From IMG/VR virus record IMGVR_UViG_3300047323_000545: a DNA stretch of 64,000 nucleotides. One strand, written 5' to 3'. The position numbers were made by a program, and so were the translations under genes. This DNA comes from a virus. Positions 36,184 to 46,111 of the stretch are shown here, piece by piece; position 1 is the first letter of the stretch, and every line of letters begins with the position of its first letter. Below the pieces are notes generated by a model, which saw only the letters and a program-made list of their open reading frames with translations, was not told the DNA's origin and ran no database searches.

Positions 36184-39100
36184 TCACAGGGGCTGGTAGG
36201 TGACGAGGGACAGGCCCCGGTCGTTCTTGCGGAGTTCGGCCAGGCAGAGGGCGCCCTTGGTGAAGCGACGCTGCTCGACGGCCCAGGCGTCGCGGAACAC
36301 GGCGACGCGGAGGGTGGACAGTTCGGTCTCCAGGGTCAAAAAGCCCATGTCGCCCGTCCTGTGCGGGCGGGCCCCGGCGACGATCGCGGCGACGTAGTAG
36401 GTGCCGTTGGGTCCTGCGGCCAGCTGCTCGGCCTGGGCACGGCAGACCGCGCGGTCGTTGGGGTCCAGGTCGTCGAACGGCGTACTGGAGAGGTAGGTGC
36501 CGAGCATCTCGTGCTCGATAGTCCGGATGTCCACGGGGCTGTAGGGCTCGACCGCCTCGATCTGCAGCGGCGGCGGCGCGGTGTACTGGCGGCACGCCTT
36601 GGTGCAGCGCTTGGGCAGCGGCTTGCGCTTGAGGGTCTTGCCGGTGCGCGGGTTGACCGGGGCGGGCTCGCTGGCCCAGTTGAAACTACAGGGCAGGGCC
36701 GTCGACTCGAACAGCTCGATCTTGTGGACGCAGCGGGCGTCCTCTTTGGTCTTGGCAGCCAACAGCTTGGCCTCCAGTCCGCGCCGGTTGCTGACGAGCG
36801 TGTCGAAGGCGCCGATGCGCGCGAGAAGGGCGACGACGCCCGCGTTGGCCTTGGGGCTCTTGCGGGTCTCGAAGTCCTCCCAGGAGGCGTACGGCTGGGT
36901 CTCGACGAGGGCCTTGACGGCGACGTCGCCGACGCCCTTGACGGAGCCGAGGCCGTAGCGGACGGCGTACTGCTCGGGGTCGGCGGTGAAGCCGGGGCCG
37001 GAGGTGTTGATGTCCGGGGGGAGTACCTCGACGTCCAGGCGCCGGGCCTCCTTGACGAACTCGGGGACGCGGTCCTTGTCGACGGTGGACATGGCGGAGA
37101 CGAGGAACTCGCGGGGGTAGTTGACCTTGAGGAACGCGGTCCAGAACGCGAGGAACGCGTAGGCGTAGGCGTGGCTCTTGTTGAAGCCGTACTTGGAGAA
37201 CTCGGCCATCTGGGACCACAGGCGCTCGGCCTGCTCGCGGGGTATGTCGACGCGGGAGAGGAACTCCTGCCCGGCGTCAGCGATGGCGGAGATCTTCTTC
37301 TTGCCCAGGATCCGGCGGACGCCGTCGGCCTCGGACTCGTCGTACCCGGCGAGGAGCTGTGTGACGGCCATGACCTGCTCCTGGTAGATCATCGCGCCGT
37401 AGGTGGGGGCGAGGACCTTCTCCAGGCGGGGGTCGGGGTAGGTGACGGCCTGTTCGCCCGCGCGGCGGCGCAGGTAGAGGTCGGTCAGGCCGGAGTTCAT
37501 CGGGCCGGGCCGGACGATCGTCACCATGTCGGCCAGCTCGGCGACGTTGCGGGGGCGCATGCGCTCGCACAGGCGGGTTCCGGAGTGGGTCTCGATCTGG
37601 AAGACACCGACGGTGTGGGCGGCCTGCAGCTCCTCCCAGACCAGGGGGTCCTCGAACTCGACCTCCCACGCCTCCAGGTCGATCTCGTACCGGCGCTGCT
37701 CGCGGACCAGGTCGAGGGTCTCCTGGATGGTGTCCAGGGTGCGCAGGGTGAGGATGTCGAACTTGACCAGGCCGATCGCCTCGACGTCACCCATGGCCCA
37801 CTGGGTGACCATCTGCTCTTCGCCGTCGATGGTGCGCATCGGCAGCCAGTCGGTGAGCGGGGCGCCGGTGGAGATAACCACCCCGGCCGCGTGGCGGCCG
37901 TAGGACTTCAGGCGGCCGACCAGACGCTCGGCCATGGCGAACAGCTCGGGGTAGCGGTCGGCGAACGGCTGCAGCTGCTCGCCGTGCTGGACCCAGAGGT
38001 CCTCCCAGGACATGCCGAGCCCGGCGGTGCCCGCTTCGGCCTCGTCGATCAGGGCGGAGACCTGGCGCAGGTCGGCCGCCGCGCCCTCGGGGAGGGAGGA
38101 CGCCAGCGCGCGGACCAGCTCGTTGATGACGGCCTTGTTCTTCAGGCGCAGCTCGGAGCCGATGGAGACGACGTTGCGCTCGCCCCAGCGCTCGCGGAGG
38201 TAGCCGAGGATATGGGCCTTCTTGCTGGCGGGGAAGTCGACGTCGAAGTCGGGCAGGCCCGCACGGCCGCGCGTCAGGAAGCGCTCGAAGAGGAGGTCAT
38301 GCTTGACCGGGTCCAGCGAGGTGATGCGGGCGAGGTAGGCGACGAGGGAGCCGCCGCCGGAGCCGCGTCCGGGGCCGACCAGAATGCCGTGGTCCTTCGC
38401 CCAGCCAACATAGTCCGCGACCATCAGGTAATAGCCACAGAACCCTTTGTCGACAAGTAGCTCCATCTCCCTCGCGTACCGGTCTCGGTAGACCCGCTCG
38501 GTGTCGGAGAAGTCCTGGGCGTTGGCGGGCAGTCGGTTCCAGTTGTCCAGGCACAGCTCGCGCAGGCGCCGCTCGTCCTCGGCCGGGTCACCAGTGAAGG
38601 ACGGCGTGGTCGTCTCGCCCTCGATCCGGGCGTCGCAGCGCTCGGCCAGCGCCCGGGTGTTTGCGATGGCCTCCTCAACGACGTCCTGGCCGAGGTAGGC
38701 GAGCCCGGCGCGGACCTCGGCTTCGCCCATGACGTAGAGGTTCAGGTCCTCGGCGAAGAGGTCGCCTTCGTCCTGGACGTCCTTGTTGGTCTGGCAGGCG
38801 ATCCAGACGTCGTGGGCGTGGGCGTCGTCGGCGGTCGGGAAGTGGGAGTCGACGGTGGCCAGCAGCGGCAGGTTGAACTCGCGGGCCAGGGCGACCAGGG
38901 CCGTGTTGAGCTTGACCTGGTCGGGCATGTCGTTGGGCTGCAGCTCGACGTACAGGCGGCCGGGGAACAGGTCCATGAGCCGGGTCAGGCGCTGGAGGGC
39001 CAGGTCGGCGTCGCCGTTCTTGATGGCGACGGCCACCGGGCCGCGCAGGCAGCCGGTGGAGGCGATGACGCCCTCGCTGAACCGGCCGAGGGTGTCCCAG

Positions 39101-39861
39101 TCCATGCGGGGCCGGTAGTAGAGGCCGTCGCGGAAGGACTCGGTGCTGGCTGCCCAGATGTTGCGCAGGCCGGTGTTGTCCATGGCGAACAGGCAGACGT
39201 GCCAGTAGTCGTTGCGAAGGCTGGCCTGCATCTCCTTGTCACCCGGCTCGGCGCGGATGACGCGGTCGTCGCACAGGTACGCCTCGATGCCGAAGATCGG
39301 CTTGACCCCGGCCTTGTCGGCGGCACGCTGCAGCTCGGGGTGTCCGGCGCAGGTGCCGTGGTCGGTGATGGCGACGGCGCTCTGGCCGTGGCGGGTGACC
39401 TCACGGAGGATTTCGTCCATGCGGGACAGGCCGTCGAGGGGGCTGTACTCGCTGTGGGTGTGCAGGTGCACGAACCCGCCGGGGCGAGTGCCGGGTGGGC
39501 TGTCGAGGGCTTCGAGCTGGTCGAGGACCTCGTGGTAGGTGGGGATGCCGTCCTCGTCGTCGAAGATCGCGGAGCGGCTGTAGGCGAGGCACAGCCTGTC
39601 GCTGCCGAGGTCTTGTTCCTCGACTCGGTGTGCCGGGACGGCAGTGACACCGTCCTCCAGCGCCTCCATGACTCCGGCCGCGCCGTCGTTCAGTGCGCGG
39701 CGCCATGTCAGGTGGGTGACGATGACGGGCGCGGCAGCGGGGACGAGCAGCCAGCGGGTGCCGTCTTCCTCGTGCTCGACGAGTGCGGGAAGCTGGGCGC
39801 GAAGTTCGCCAACCTGCACATAAGGGGCGTCAGGTGCGTAGGAGCTGATGAGGCGCAGCAC
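36184..39861 (-). CDS. dnaE: DNA polymerase III alpha subunit (family C)
   Basis: PHP HLHTHSEYS, GRGSGGGS, PDFDVDF, KFDIL, YGFNKSHA; GTG 39861 with AAGGA RBS. Confidence 0.96.
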   Translation of the reverse strand: MLRLISSYAPDAPYVQVGELRAQLPALVEHEEDGTRWLLVPAAAPVIVTHLTWRRALNDGAAGVMEALEDGVTAVPAHRVEEQDLGSDRLCLAYSRSAIFDDEDGIPTYHEVLDQLEALDSPPGTRPGGFVHLHTHSEYSPLDGLSRMDEILREVTRHGQSAVAITDHGTCAGHPELQRAADKAGVKPIFGIEAYLCDDRVIRAEPGDKEMQASLRNDYWHVCLFAMDNTGLRNIWAASTESFRDGLYYRPRMDWDTLGRFSEGVIASTGCLRGPVAVAIKNGDADLALQRLTRLMDLFPGRLYVELQPNDMPDQVKLNTALVALAREFNLPLLATVDSHFPTADDAHAHDVWIACQTNKDVQDEGDLFAEDLNLYVMGEAEVRAGLAYLGQDVVEEAIANTRALAERCDARIEGETTTPSFTGDPAEDERRLRELCLDNWNRLPANAQDFSDTERVYRDRYAREMELLVDKGFCGYYLMVADYVGWAKDHGILVGPGRGSGGGSLVAYLARITSLDPVKHDLLFERFLTRGRAGLPDFDVDFPASKKAHILGYLRERWGERNVVSIGSELRLKNKAVINELVRALASSLPEGAAADLRQVSALIDEAEAGTAGLGMSWEDLWVQHGEQLQPFADRYPELFAMAERLVGRLKSYGRHAAGVVISTGAPLTDWLPMRTIDGEEQMVTQWAMGDVEAIGLVKFDILTLRTLDTIQETLDLVREQRRYEIDLEAWEVEFEDPLVWEELQAAHTVGVFQIETHSGTRLCERMRPRNVAELADMVTIVRPGPMNSGLTDLYLRRRAGEQAVTYPDPRLEKVLAPTYGAMIYQEQVMAVTQLLAGYDESEADGVRRILGKKKISAIADAGQEFLSRVDIPREQAERLWSQMAEFSKYGFNKSHAYAYAFLAFWTAFLKVNYPREFLVSAMSTVDKDRVPEFVKEARRLDVEVLPPDINTSGPGFTADPEQYAVRYGLGSVKGVGDVAVKALVETQPYASWEDFETRKSPKANAGVVALLARIGAFDTLVSNRRGLEAKLLAAKTKEDARCVHKIELFESTALPCSFNWASEPAPVNPRTGKTLKRKPLPKRCTKACRQYTAPPPLQIEAVEPYSPVDIRTIEHEMLGTYLSSTPFDDLDPNDRAVCRAQAEQLAAGPNGTYYVAAIVAGARPHRTGDMGFLTLETELSTLRVAVFRDAWAVEQRRFTKGALCLAELRKNDRGLSLVTYQPL

Positions 39862-39989
39862 GGTGGTGGTCCTTGCGCGTGGAGGGTGGTGAAGGTTGAC
39901 CGGGCCGCCCCGGGGAAGAACGCAGCGCTGAAACGCTGAGCGCCGTATCTGACGGCACCGGGGCGGACCGGTGTCTGTGTGCGCCTGGA

Positions 39990-40979
39990 TCAGGCGGCGG
40001 GAGTCTGCGGTACGCCGAGGTTCGCGATGCGGCTGCGCAGGTCGCCGGAGATGTCCGCCGGACCGCTGTCGGCGGCCGAGAGGTTCACCATGCCGCCGGT
40101 GGCCGCCGTGGCGGCGACGATGGTGCCGTCCTTCTCGACCGTCTTGGTCGGGTCGAAAAAGCGGGCGTAGTACTCGTCGGAGGCCTTGTCGGCGACGATG
40201 CCTTCCAGGCTGACCTCGCGCTCGGCGACGGCCTGGAGGTACTTCTCCCAGATGGGGGTGCCCGGCTTGATGAGGTTCTGGCCGGTCGCCGGGTCCGTGA
40301 TCGGGTCGATCGGGACGATCTTGTACTCGGTGTCGGTGCCGGTGCCGCTGCGGGTGACGCTGAAGTCCCGGTCGACGACCGTCCCGTACAGGCCGTGGAG
40401 GGCCTTGAAGTGGGCGAAGAAGCCCTTCATGGGCTGGTTGATCACCAGGATGCGGGGGTACTTCAGCTTGTTGCCGGTGGGCTTGCCGTCGGAGCCCAGC
40501 TCGTCGACCTCGTCGATCTTGTCGCGGATGCCGACGACGACACCCTGCTTGGCCGGGCCTCCGAGGGCCTCGCTGCCGTCGCCACGCACGATCTCCCGCT
40601 CGATGGCGAGGGCCCACACACGGGGGCGAGCGGTGGCGGGCTTGCCGAAGGAGTTCTTCAGCTTGCCGTCGTCGATGTAGCAGTCCTGGTAGTGGCCGCC
40701 GAACGCCTTGTCGTAGCGGCACACCGAGGTCATGTTCTTGGGCCACTTCTCGGCATCCTTGGGGCCCGGCTTGGTGGGCACAAACGAATGCTGGTTGACC
40801 CAGATCCAGTCGTCGTGGTCCGTGAGGAGGCGGACGACTGCGGAGTCGCCGTCGTCCTTGAGGCCGAAGTAGTCGGGGCCGCGACGGCCGCTGGAGGAGA
40901 CGCTTGCCTCCTTCTCGGCCTGCTCGGCGGCGGTGCCGCCTCGGCGGAAGTTGATGACGGGGCTCGTGTTGGCGGTCAC
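39990..40979 (-). CDS. Phage single-stranded DNA-binding protein (gp32-like)
   Basis: YFGLKDDGDSAVVRLL...RSGTGTDTEY; lies next to dnaE. Confidence 0.65.
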   Translation of the reverse strand: MTANTSPVINFRRGGTAAEQAEKEASVSSSGRRGPDYFGLKDDGDSAVVRLLTDHDDWIWVNQHSFVPTKPGPKDAEKWPKNMTSVCRYDKAFGGHYQDCYIDDGKLKNSFGKPATARPRVWALAIEREIVRGDGSEALGGPAKQGVVVGIRDKIDEVDELGSDGKPTGNKLKYPRILVINQPMKGFFAHFKALHGLYGTVVDRDFSVTRSGTGTDTEYKIVPIDPITDPATGQNLIKPGTPIWEKYLQAVAEREVSLEGIVADKASDEYYARFFDPTKTVEKDGTIVAATAATGGMVNLSAADSGPADISGDLRSRIANLGVPQTPAA

Positions 40980-41017
40980 GAAGGCTCCTGATGATCTTTG
41001 ATGGCAGGTGAAGCCAG

Positions 41018-41767
41018 TTATGCGACGACGGCAGTGGCAGCTGCCGTAATCAACTCCCCGGTCACCGTGGCCTCTTCGTGGAGAAAGACGACGGGAATTC
41101 CGATGTCTCGCACCACGAGGAACGGCAGGTCGTTGGCGGCGTGGAACCCCACCGCGAAGTGGGGGCATCCACGGCCCGTCAGGGCCTGCGCGAGCCCTTC
41201 CCGCCACTGGGCCAGCCTGTCGACGTCGTCGCAGGTAGAGGCCAGAAGCAGGTAGGAGTACGGCCATGCGGCCGGGGGGTCGGATCGGGGATGGCGGTCC
41301 CTGTCTCCGTCATCATCAAAGCCTTCGGTGGAACCCGAAGCAAGAAATTGAAGGACCGGATTTCCGGTCTCCTCAGCCAGAGTTTCAATAATGTCTCTGG
41401 CGGTTCTTCCGGTGCCGAATTCGGCGTTCTCCTGGGCGGCTTGGGCGGCTGCCTTGCGGAGGATGGCCTGCACGGCCGCGCGGTCCACGAAGGTGGTGCC
41501 GGGCTGCTTGCGGTCGTAGGCGGCCCGGCGCTCGCGGTTGATGAGCACCTTGAAGATCTCGGTCAGCTCGGCGTTGTTGGGGCCGCCGAGGGCCTGGTAC
41601 GCCTCGCGGATCTCCCGCTTGGTCGCCGTCGTCGGCACACCGAGCCGGGCGTAGTAGCCGTTGACGTCGTGGACGACCGGCGCCGGGCGGGGCGCGGTGG
41701 GTACCAGGCTGCTGCCGGTGGAGATGATGATGTGCTCGGGACGGCCGTTGATGCGCAGTCCCGTCAT
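41018..41767 (-). CDS. J-domain-like protein lacking the HPD motif
   Basis: YYARLGV...EIREAY...VL...RRAAYD. Confidence 0.7.
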   Translation of the reverse strand: MTGLRINGRPEHIIISTGSSLVPTAPRPAPVVHDVNGYYARLGVPTTATKREIREAYQALGGPNNAELTEIFKVLINRERRAAYDRKQPGTTFVDRAAVQAILRKAAAQAAQENAEFGTGRTARDIIETLAEETGNPVLQFLASGSTEGFDDDGDRDRHPRSDPPAAWPYSYLLLASTCDDVDRLAQWREGLAQALTGRGCPHFAVGFHAANDLPFLVVRDIGIPVVFLHEEATVTGELITAAATAVVA

Positions 41768-41770
41768 CGC

Positions 41771-41914
41771 CTACTCCCCCTCGTTGTCCTCGCCCGTCTC
41801 CTGGACGAGCGCTTCCCACTCTGCCGGGGTCAGCGCGCGTGCGATCTTGGACGTCAGCGCGTCCTCGACCTGGTCTCCGACGGCGGTGATCTGGCCGGTG
41901 CCGAACTTGAGCAT
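41771..41914 (-). CDS. 47-aa acidic protein
   Basis: AGGAGG RBS; MLKFGTGQIT... Confidence 0.6.
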   Translation of the reverse strand: MLKFGTGQITAVGDQVEDALTSKIARALTPAEWEALVQETGEDNEGE

Positions 41915-41958
41915 ACGTTCCTCCTGGGGTGGTCACCCCTTGGGCCGCCCGGGGCGAC

Positions 41959-43062
41959 TCAGACAGCGCACCGGCCGGGATGCACGACCTGGAAGCAGAG
42001 GTGGCAGTAGAGGACCTTCGGCTTCTCCCAGACCTGCCAGGGCACCGCGTACTCGTTGACGAGGACGTCGTACAGCGCATCGGACATCTCGGCGGGGTCA
42101 GCAGCGAAGGGGCTCTGCACGACCCAGTTCTGGCACCAGGCGGAGGCGCGCTGCGGGGCACCAGGGAAGAACTTGCCGTTGTAGGTGCGGCCTGCGACGG
42201 CGCGCCATCCGGCGTCGTCGTTGTCCATGAACCAGATGAGCTTCTTGCGGCCTCGCACCAGGTGCTCGATCTGCTCGTCGGTGACGACGGCGCCGAAGGT
42301 TCCCTCGATGTTGCTGTGGTGCTGGTGGCGGAGCTGACTCATGGGCGACTCGACGACGACGACCTCGTGCCGCAGGAACTCGCGGCCGAAGATCGTCTCG
42401 TCGCGAGGGAAGCCGGGGGTGCTCAGGTACTTCGGTGCGCTCGGGTCGGCAGCGGGCAGGCGGCGGGACTGCCAGCCGACGAGCTGGCCTTCCCAGTAGT
42501 GCGGGATGACGGCGCGCGGGCCGGTGCGCACCCGGGCCTCGGGCGGTCCCATGAAGCCGTCGGGGTCGAGGCAGATGCCCATCCGCTCGCAGGTCTCGAT
42601 CGGGATGCCGCGCTCGCGGGTGATGTAGTCGGGGACGCCCTGCCAGCGCTCCAGCATGCGGGGGCTGTAGACCGGCATCGGCGGCCGGGACTTCGGCGTG
42701 TAGAGGGCGTCGAAGAAGGCGAGCATGTCGGGCAGGCCGACGGCGCGGGTGAGTCCGGCTTCGCCGAGGAGCCATTCGCGGGCCTCGTCGATGGTGGTGT
42801 CGCCGCGCACCGTGGCGATGAGCCACAGGATGGTGCCGCTGGAGTCACATCCGAGACAGTGGAACAGCAGCTTCGAGGCCGACAGGGCGGCGGTGGGGTT
42901 GCGCTCCTGGTCGTTGTGGAAGGCCCCGACCGGGCACGGGATGATCAGCTCGTCGCGGACCTGTCGCTTGACCTGGATGCCGAGGGAGTCGAGGACGTCC
43001 TTGGCGATCTGGGCCTTGTGCTCGTCGGGGAGCGCGGTGAGCTGGTCGAGGTCAGTCGTCAT
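41959..43062 (-). CDS. DNA primase (Zn finger plus TOPRIM)
   Basis: CP..FH...FHCLGC, KYL, VVES, MDNDDAG. Confidence 0.9.
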   Translation of the reverse strand: MTTDLDQLTALPDEHKAQIAKDVLDSLGIQVKRQVRDELIIPCPVGAFHNDQERNPTAALSASKLLFHCLGCDSSGTILWLIATVRGDTTIDEAREWLLGEAGLTRAVGLPDMLAFFDALYTPKSRPPMPVYSPRMLERWQGVPDYITRERGIPIETCERMGICLDPDGFMGPPEARVRTGPRAVIPHYWEGQLVGWQSRRLPAADPSAPKYLSTPGFPRDETIFGREFLRHEVVVVESPMSQLRHQHHSNIEGTFGAVVTDEQIEHLVRGRKKLIWFMDNDDAGWRAVAGRTYNGKFFPGAPQRASAWCQNWVVQSPFAADPAEMSDALYDVLVNEYAVPWQVWEKPKVLYCHLCFQVVHPGRCAV

Positions 43063-43351
43063 AGGAGTCGACGGCCTTGATGCGGGCCAGGTCGGCCGGG
43101 GAGGCCACGCGCTCGCTCCAGACGTACCCGCAGGAGGCGCAGCCCCGGCAGAGGTGCTCTGTGGTCTCGTCGGGGACGTCCCCTGGGGTGTCGCTCATGG
43201 CGACGATGGCGTCGCGGCGCTCCTTGCACATCCCGACGACCACGGTGTCGTGGTACTCGGTGACGGGGAACTGGGTGAGGCACTTCGGGCAGCGGCTCTC
43301 CGGGTCGCCGGTGAAGGCGATGAGCCACGGCCCCAGTGCGGTGGAGGTCAT
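43052..43351 (-). CDS. Zn-ribbon protein
   Basis: CPKC...CASC. Confidence 0.6.
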   Translation of the reverse strand: MTSTALGPWLIAFTGDPESRCPKCLTQFPVTEYHDTVVVGMCKERRDAIVAMSDTPGDVPDETTEHLCRGCASCGYVWSERVASPADLARIKAVDSYDD

Positions 43352-43953
43352 GCGGCGACCTTCGATTCCTTCTGGGAAGCGCGCTCGGCCGCGCGCTGGA
43401 CGCGGTGCGCCTCGCGGCAGGTGCACTCCGGGTGCGGGGCGAGCTGGAGTTCGTTCTTCTTGAAGTGCGCGCGGTAGCCGCGTTCGGTGCCGCAGATGGG
43501 CCGCAGGGGGGCCTGGAAGAGGCTGACGCGGCTGCCGGGGATCTCCTCGTACTGCTGCTGCTCCTCGGCCCGCCTGGCGGCTGCTGCGGCCTTCTCCTTG
43601 CGCTTGCGCTCCTCGGCGGCCTCCTTGTACGCCTGCTGGCGGGCGTTGTGGGCCAGGCGGCAGGGCTCGCAGTCCTCGCCCGCGTCATTGTGACGGCGGT
43701 AGGCCATCTCGCTTTCGCAGTCCGGTGGGAGAAGGTCGGCTTCGGTGATGCCGAGGGCAGCCCAGCGCTCTCCCTGGGTCTCTCCGCCCCAGATGCCCCA
43801 CTCGCGGCCCTCGCGGCCAGCACGACGGCAGGCCAGCTCCACGGGGCAAGTGCCGCAGATCCGCAGGGCCTTGCGGGCGGCCTTGGTCTCGCGTGTCTTG
43901 CCGGTGTCGAACAGCTCGGGCTGGACGGCGCAGGGGAAGGCGTAGGCGGTCAC
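43348..43953 (-). CDS. WhiB-family transcription factor with C-terminal extension
   Basis: C...CGTCPV..C...GIWGG. Confidence 0.88.
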   Translation of the reverse strand: MTAYAFPCAVQPELFDTGKTRETKAARKALRICGTCPVELACRRAGREGREWGIWGGETQGERWAALGITEADLLPPDCESEMAYRRHNDAGEDCEPCRLAHNARQQAYKEAAEERKRKEKAAAAARRAEEQQQYEEIPGSRVSLFQAPLRPICGTERGYRAHFKKNELQLAPHPECTCREAHRVQRAAERASQKESKVAA

Positions 43954-45254
43954 AGGGTCACCTCGCCGAGGACGTGCTGGGTGCCGTACCAGGGCTCCCA
44001 GGCGCAGCGCCAGTTGGTCAGGTCCATGCGTCGGGACGCGAGCATTTGAAGGGTGGCCATACCGGCAGCGACCTCGGTTTCTGAGCGGATGAGGCCGAAC
44101 ACCCAGGAGCTGTAGCGCTCGATCGCCGAGGAGTCGGCGATGTGCTGCATCTCCAGTCGTCCGGCCTTCTGGGCGGCGGCGACGCCCTCACGGTTGATCT
44201 GGCAGTTCAGGAGCACCGACGGCATGTAGCGGCCGGTGGTGATGAGCGTGGACAGCTCGTTCATCAGCTCGGCGATCGTTTCGTGCTTGGGCCGCCGGGG
44301 GTTGGGGTTGGGGTGCTGGATGTGGGAGAGCTGGTCGATGATGATCGACTTCGCCCCGTAGGACTGGGCCTGGCGGATGAGGGCGGCGGGGGTGCGCAGG
44401 CCGTCGTCCGGGGAGAGGACGTGCAGGCCGTCCTTCAGGTCCTGCTCGTTCTCGGCGAGCCAGGTGCGGACTCGGTCGACGTCCTCAGCGGCGGCCGTGC
44501 CCTTCTGGTACTCGCGGTAGTCGACGCAGCAGATCTGGCAGGCGAGCCGGTCGTACGTCATCTGCACGCTGTTCTCCAGCGTGTAGAGGACGGTCTCCCG
44601 GTCGCGCCGCCACTCGGTGTTGGCGACGTGGGTGGCGCTGAACGACTTGGCACCCTTGGGCGGGGCGCACCAGGCGCAGATCTCGCCCCCGTGGACGCCG
44701 AGGGTGTGATTGTCGACGGCCTCCATCCCGAGGGACATGCCGGTGACGACCTTCGGTGCGGCGGCGCGCTGGTCGTAGCGGGCGAGGGAGTCGCGCAGTC
44801 CCTGGACGCCTTCGACCTCGTTCTGCCGGTTGCGGACCGACATGGAGAGGCCGTGGAAGGCGGCGGCGGCCTGGTGGACGGCCTCGACGCGTTCGTGCGG
44901 CTCGGCGTTGGCCATCGCGACGGCGGCCTCGCGCTGCAGGCGCTGGGACTCGGCCAGGACGTACTGGCTCTGCAGGTACTCGATCGCCGCGAAGACCTCG
45001 TCGACTTCGAGGTCCTCGTCCGGCAGGACGATGTTGCACTGCTCCAGCCGGTGTCCCCACTGCTCCTGCAGGAGTTCGCGGGAGGGCGCCTTGGTGCGGC
45101 CGGAGCGGTAGAAGTAGGAGACCGTCCACTCGACGACGTCGCGCATGCCGGTCGTCGGGATGCACGCCGGGTCCAGGCCTGTGTCGGCCAGCTGCTCCAG
45201 CGCGTCTACGTCGGTGAGGCTGGCGTAGAGGACGGTCTCTGCGTGCATGGTCAT
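43950..45254 (-). CDS. DnaB-like replicative helicase
   Basis: TLEN, IIIDQL, CQINR, IADSSAIER. Confidence 0.85.
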   Translation of the reverse strand: MTMHAETVLYASLTDVDALEQLADTGLDPACIPTTGMRDVVEWTVSYFYRSGRTKAPSRELLQEQWGHRLEQCNIVLPDEDLEVDEVFAAIEYLQSQYVLAESQRLQREAAVAMANAEPHERVEAVHQAAAAFHGLSMSVRNRQNEVEGVQGLRDSLARYDQRAAAPKVVTGMSLGMEAVDNHTLGVHGGEICAWCAPPKGAKSFSATHVANTEWRRDRETVLYTLENSVQMTYDRLACQICCVDYREYQKGTAAAEDVDRVRTWLAENEQDLKDGLHVLSPDDGLRTPAALIRQAQSYGAKSIIIDQLSHIQHPNPNPRRPKHETIAELMNELSTLITTGRYMPSVLLNCQINREGVAAAQKAGRLEMQHIADSSAIERYSSWVFGLIRSETEVAAGMATLQMLASRRMDLTNWRCAWEPWYGTQHVLGEVTL

Positions 45255-45490
45255 GCGGTCACCTGTGGGAACGCCAGGCCCTTGGCGACGGCCAGGGCGA
45301 CTGCGTGCGTGCGGTTGTCGGCGCCGAGGCAGGGGCGGATGCGGTAGCGCCAGTACTCGCGGACGGTGTGGACGCTGATCTCCAGGTCGCCAGCGATCTC
45401 GGCGTCGCTGTACCCCCCGCTCGCGAGCTGGACGATGTCCCCCTCCCTCGGCGAGAGGGGGTCCCCGAGAGTCTTGGCCGCCAGGGTCAC
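45251..45490 (-). CDS. LuxR-type HTH protein
   Basis: LSPRE...EIAGDLEISVHTV...NRTHAV. Confidence 0.85.
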   Translation of the reverse strand: MTLAAKTLGDPLSPREGDIVQLASGGYSDAEIAGDLEISVHTVREYWRYRIRPCLGADNRTHAVALAVAKGLAFPQVTA

Positions 45491-46110
45491 CGGGCGCCCT
45501 GCGGGAGGCTGTCGACGTCGGCGGCGACCATGCGCAGCGCCACGGCGAGCCCGGCCAGCTCCATGTTGCCCTCGGCGTGCTTCATGACCTCACCGGCCAG
45601 GTGGCGCACGGAGTCGCCCGGGGTGCGCTGGCGGATGAAGGTGACGAAGTTCGGCGTCTCGGCCTGCTGGCGGGCCCTGTTCAGCTCGGTCTCGTACCGC
45701 TCGGCCGTCTGCTTGGCTTCCTCGGTGCGCTGCTTCCACATCCGGCACTGCTTGATGAGGTTGTCGTTGCGCTTCTGCAGGTCGATCAGGGCCTGGTTCG
45801 CGGTGGCCAGCTCGGACTCGGGGCCGCGCATGGCGGCGGCGATCTCGCCGACGCGCTTCTCCAGTTCGAGGACGGCCGTCTTGGAAGTACCCAGGAGGGT
45901 GCTCAGGGTGCGGACCTTGTGGTCGACGACGCGTACCTGCTCGGCGGCCTTCTCAGCGGTCATGCCCGCCTTCGGGGTGTAGTGCCGGGTGACCTGGTTG
46001 TTGGCCGTGGCCTCCCAGGCAGCGGGCAGGCCCATGGACGCCGGAAGCGTTCCCCCTCGGGAGTTGGCCGTCCTGGGGATAGATGCGAAAAGCTCGTCGT
46101 CAAAGCTCAT
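45487..46110 (-). CDS. Coiled-coil hypothetical protein
   Basis: Heptad pattern. Confidence 0.65.
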   Translation of the reverse strand: MSFDDELFASIPRTANSRGGTLPASMGLPAAWEATANNQVTRHYTPKAGMTAEKAAEQVRVVDHKVRTLSTLLGTSKTAVLELEKRVGEIAAAMRGPESELATANQALIDLQKRNDNLIKQCRMWKQRTEEAKQTAERYETELNRARQQAETPNFVTFIRQRTPGDSVRHLAGEVMKHAEGNMELAGLAVALRMVAADVDSLPQGAR

Positions 46111-46111
46111 G

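Noticed and set aside
36184-39861. Intein or intron in dnaE, recA, dnaB or terL
   Set aside because: No C/S...HN-C/S/T splice motifs or LAGLIDADG blocks were seen, and conserved motifs are collinear.
39862-40746. 1520-aa version of DnaE in the ORF track
   Set aside because: The extension overlaps the SSB gene in a shadow frame and is Arg/Pro-rich; GTG 39861 has an RBS.
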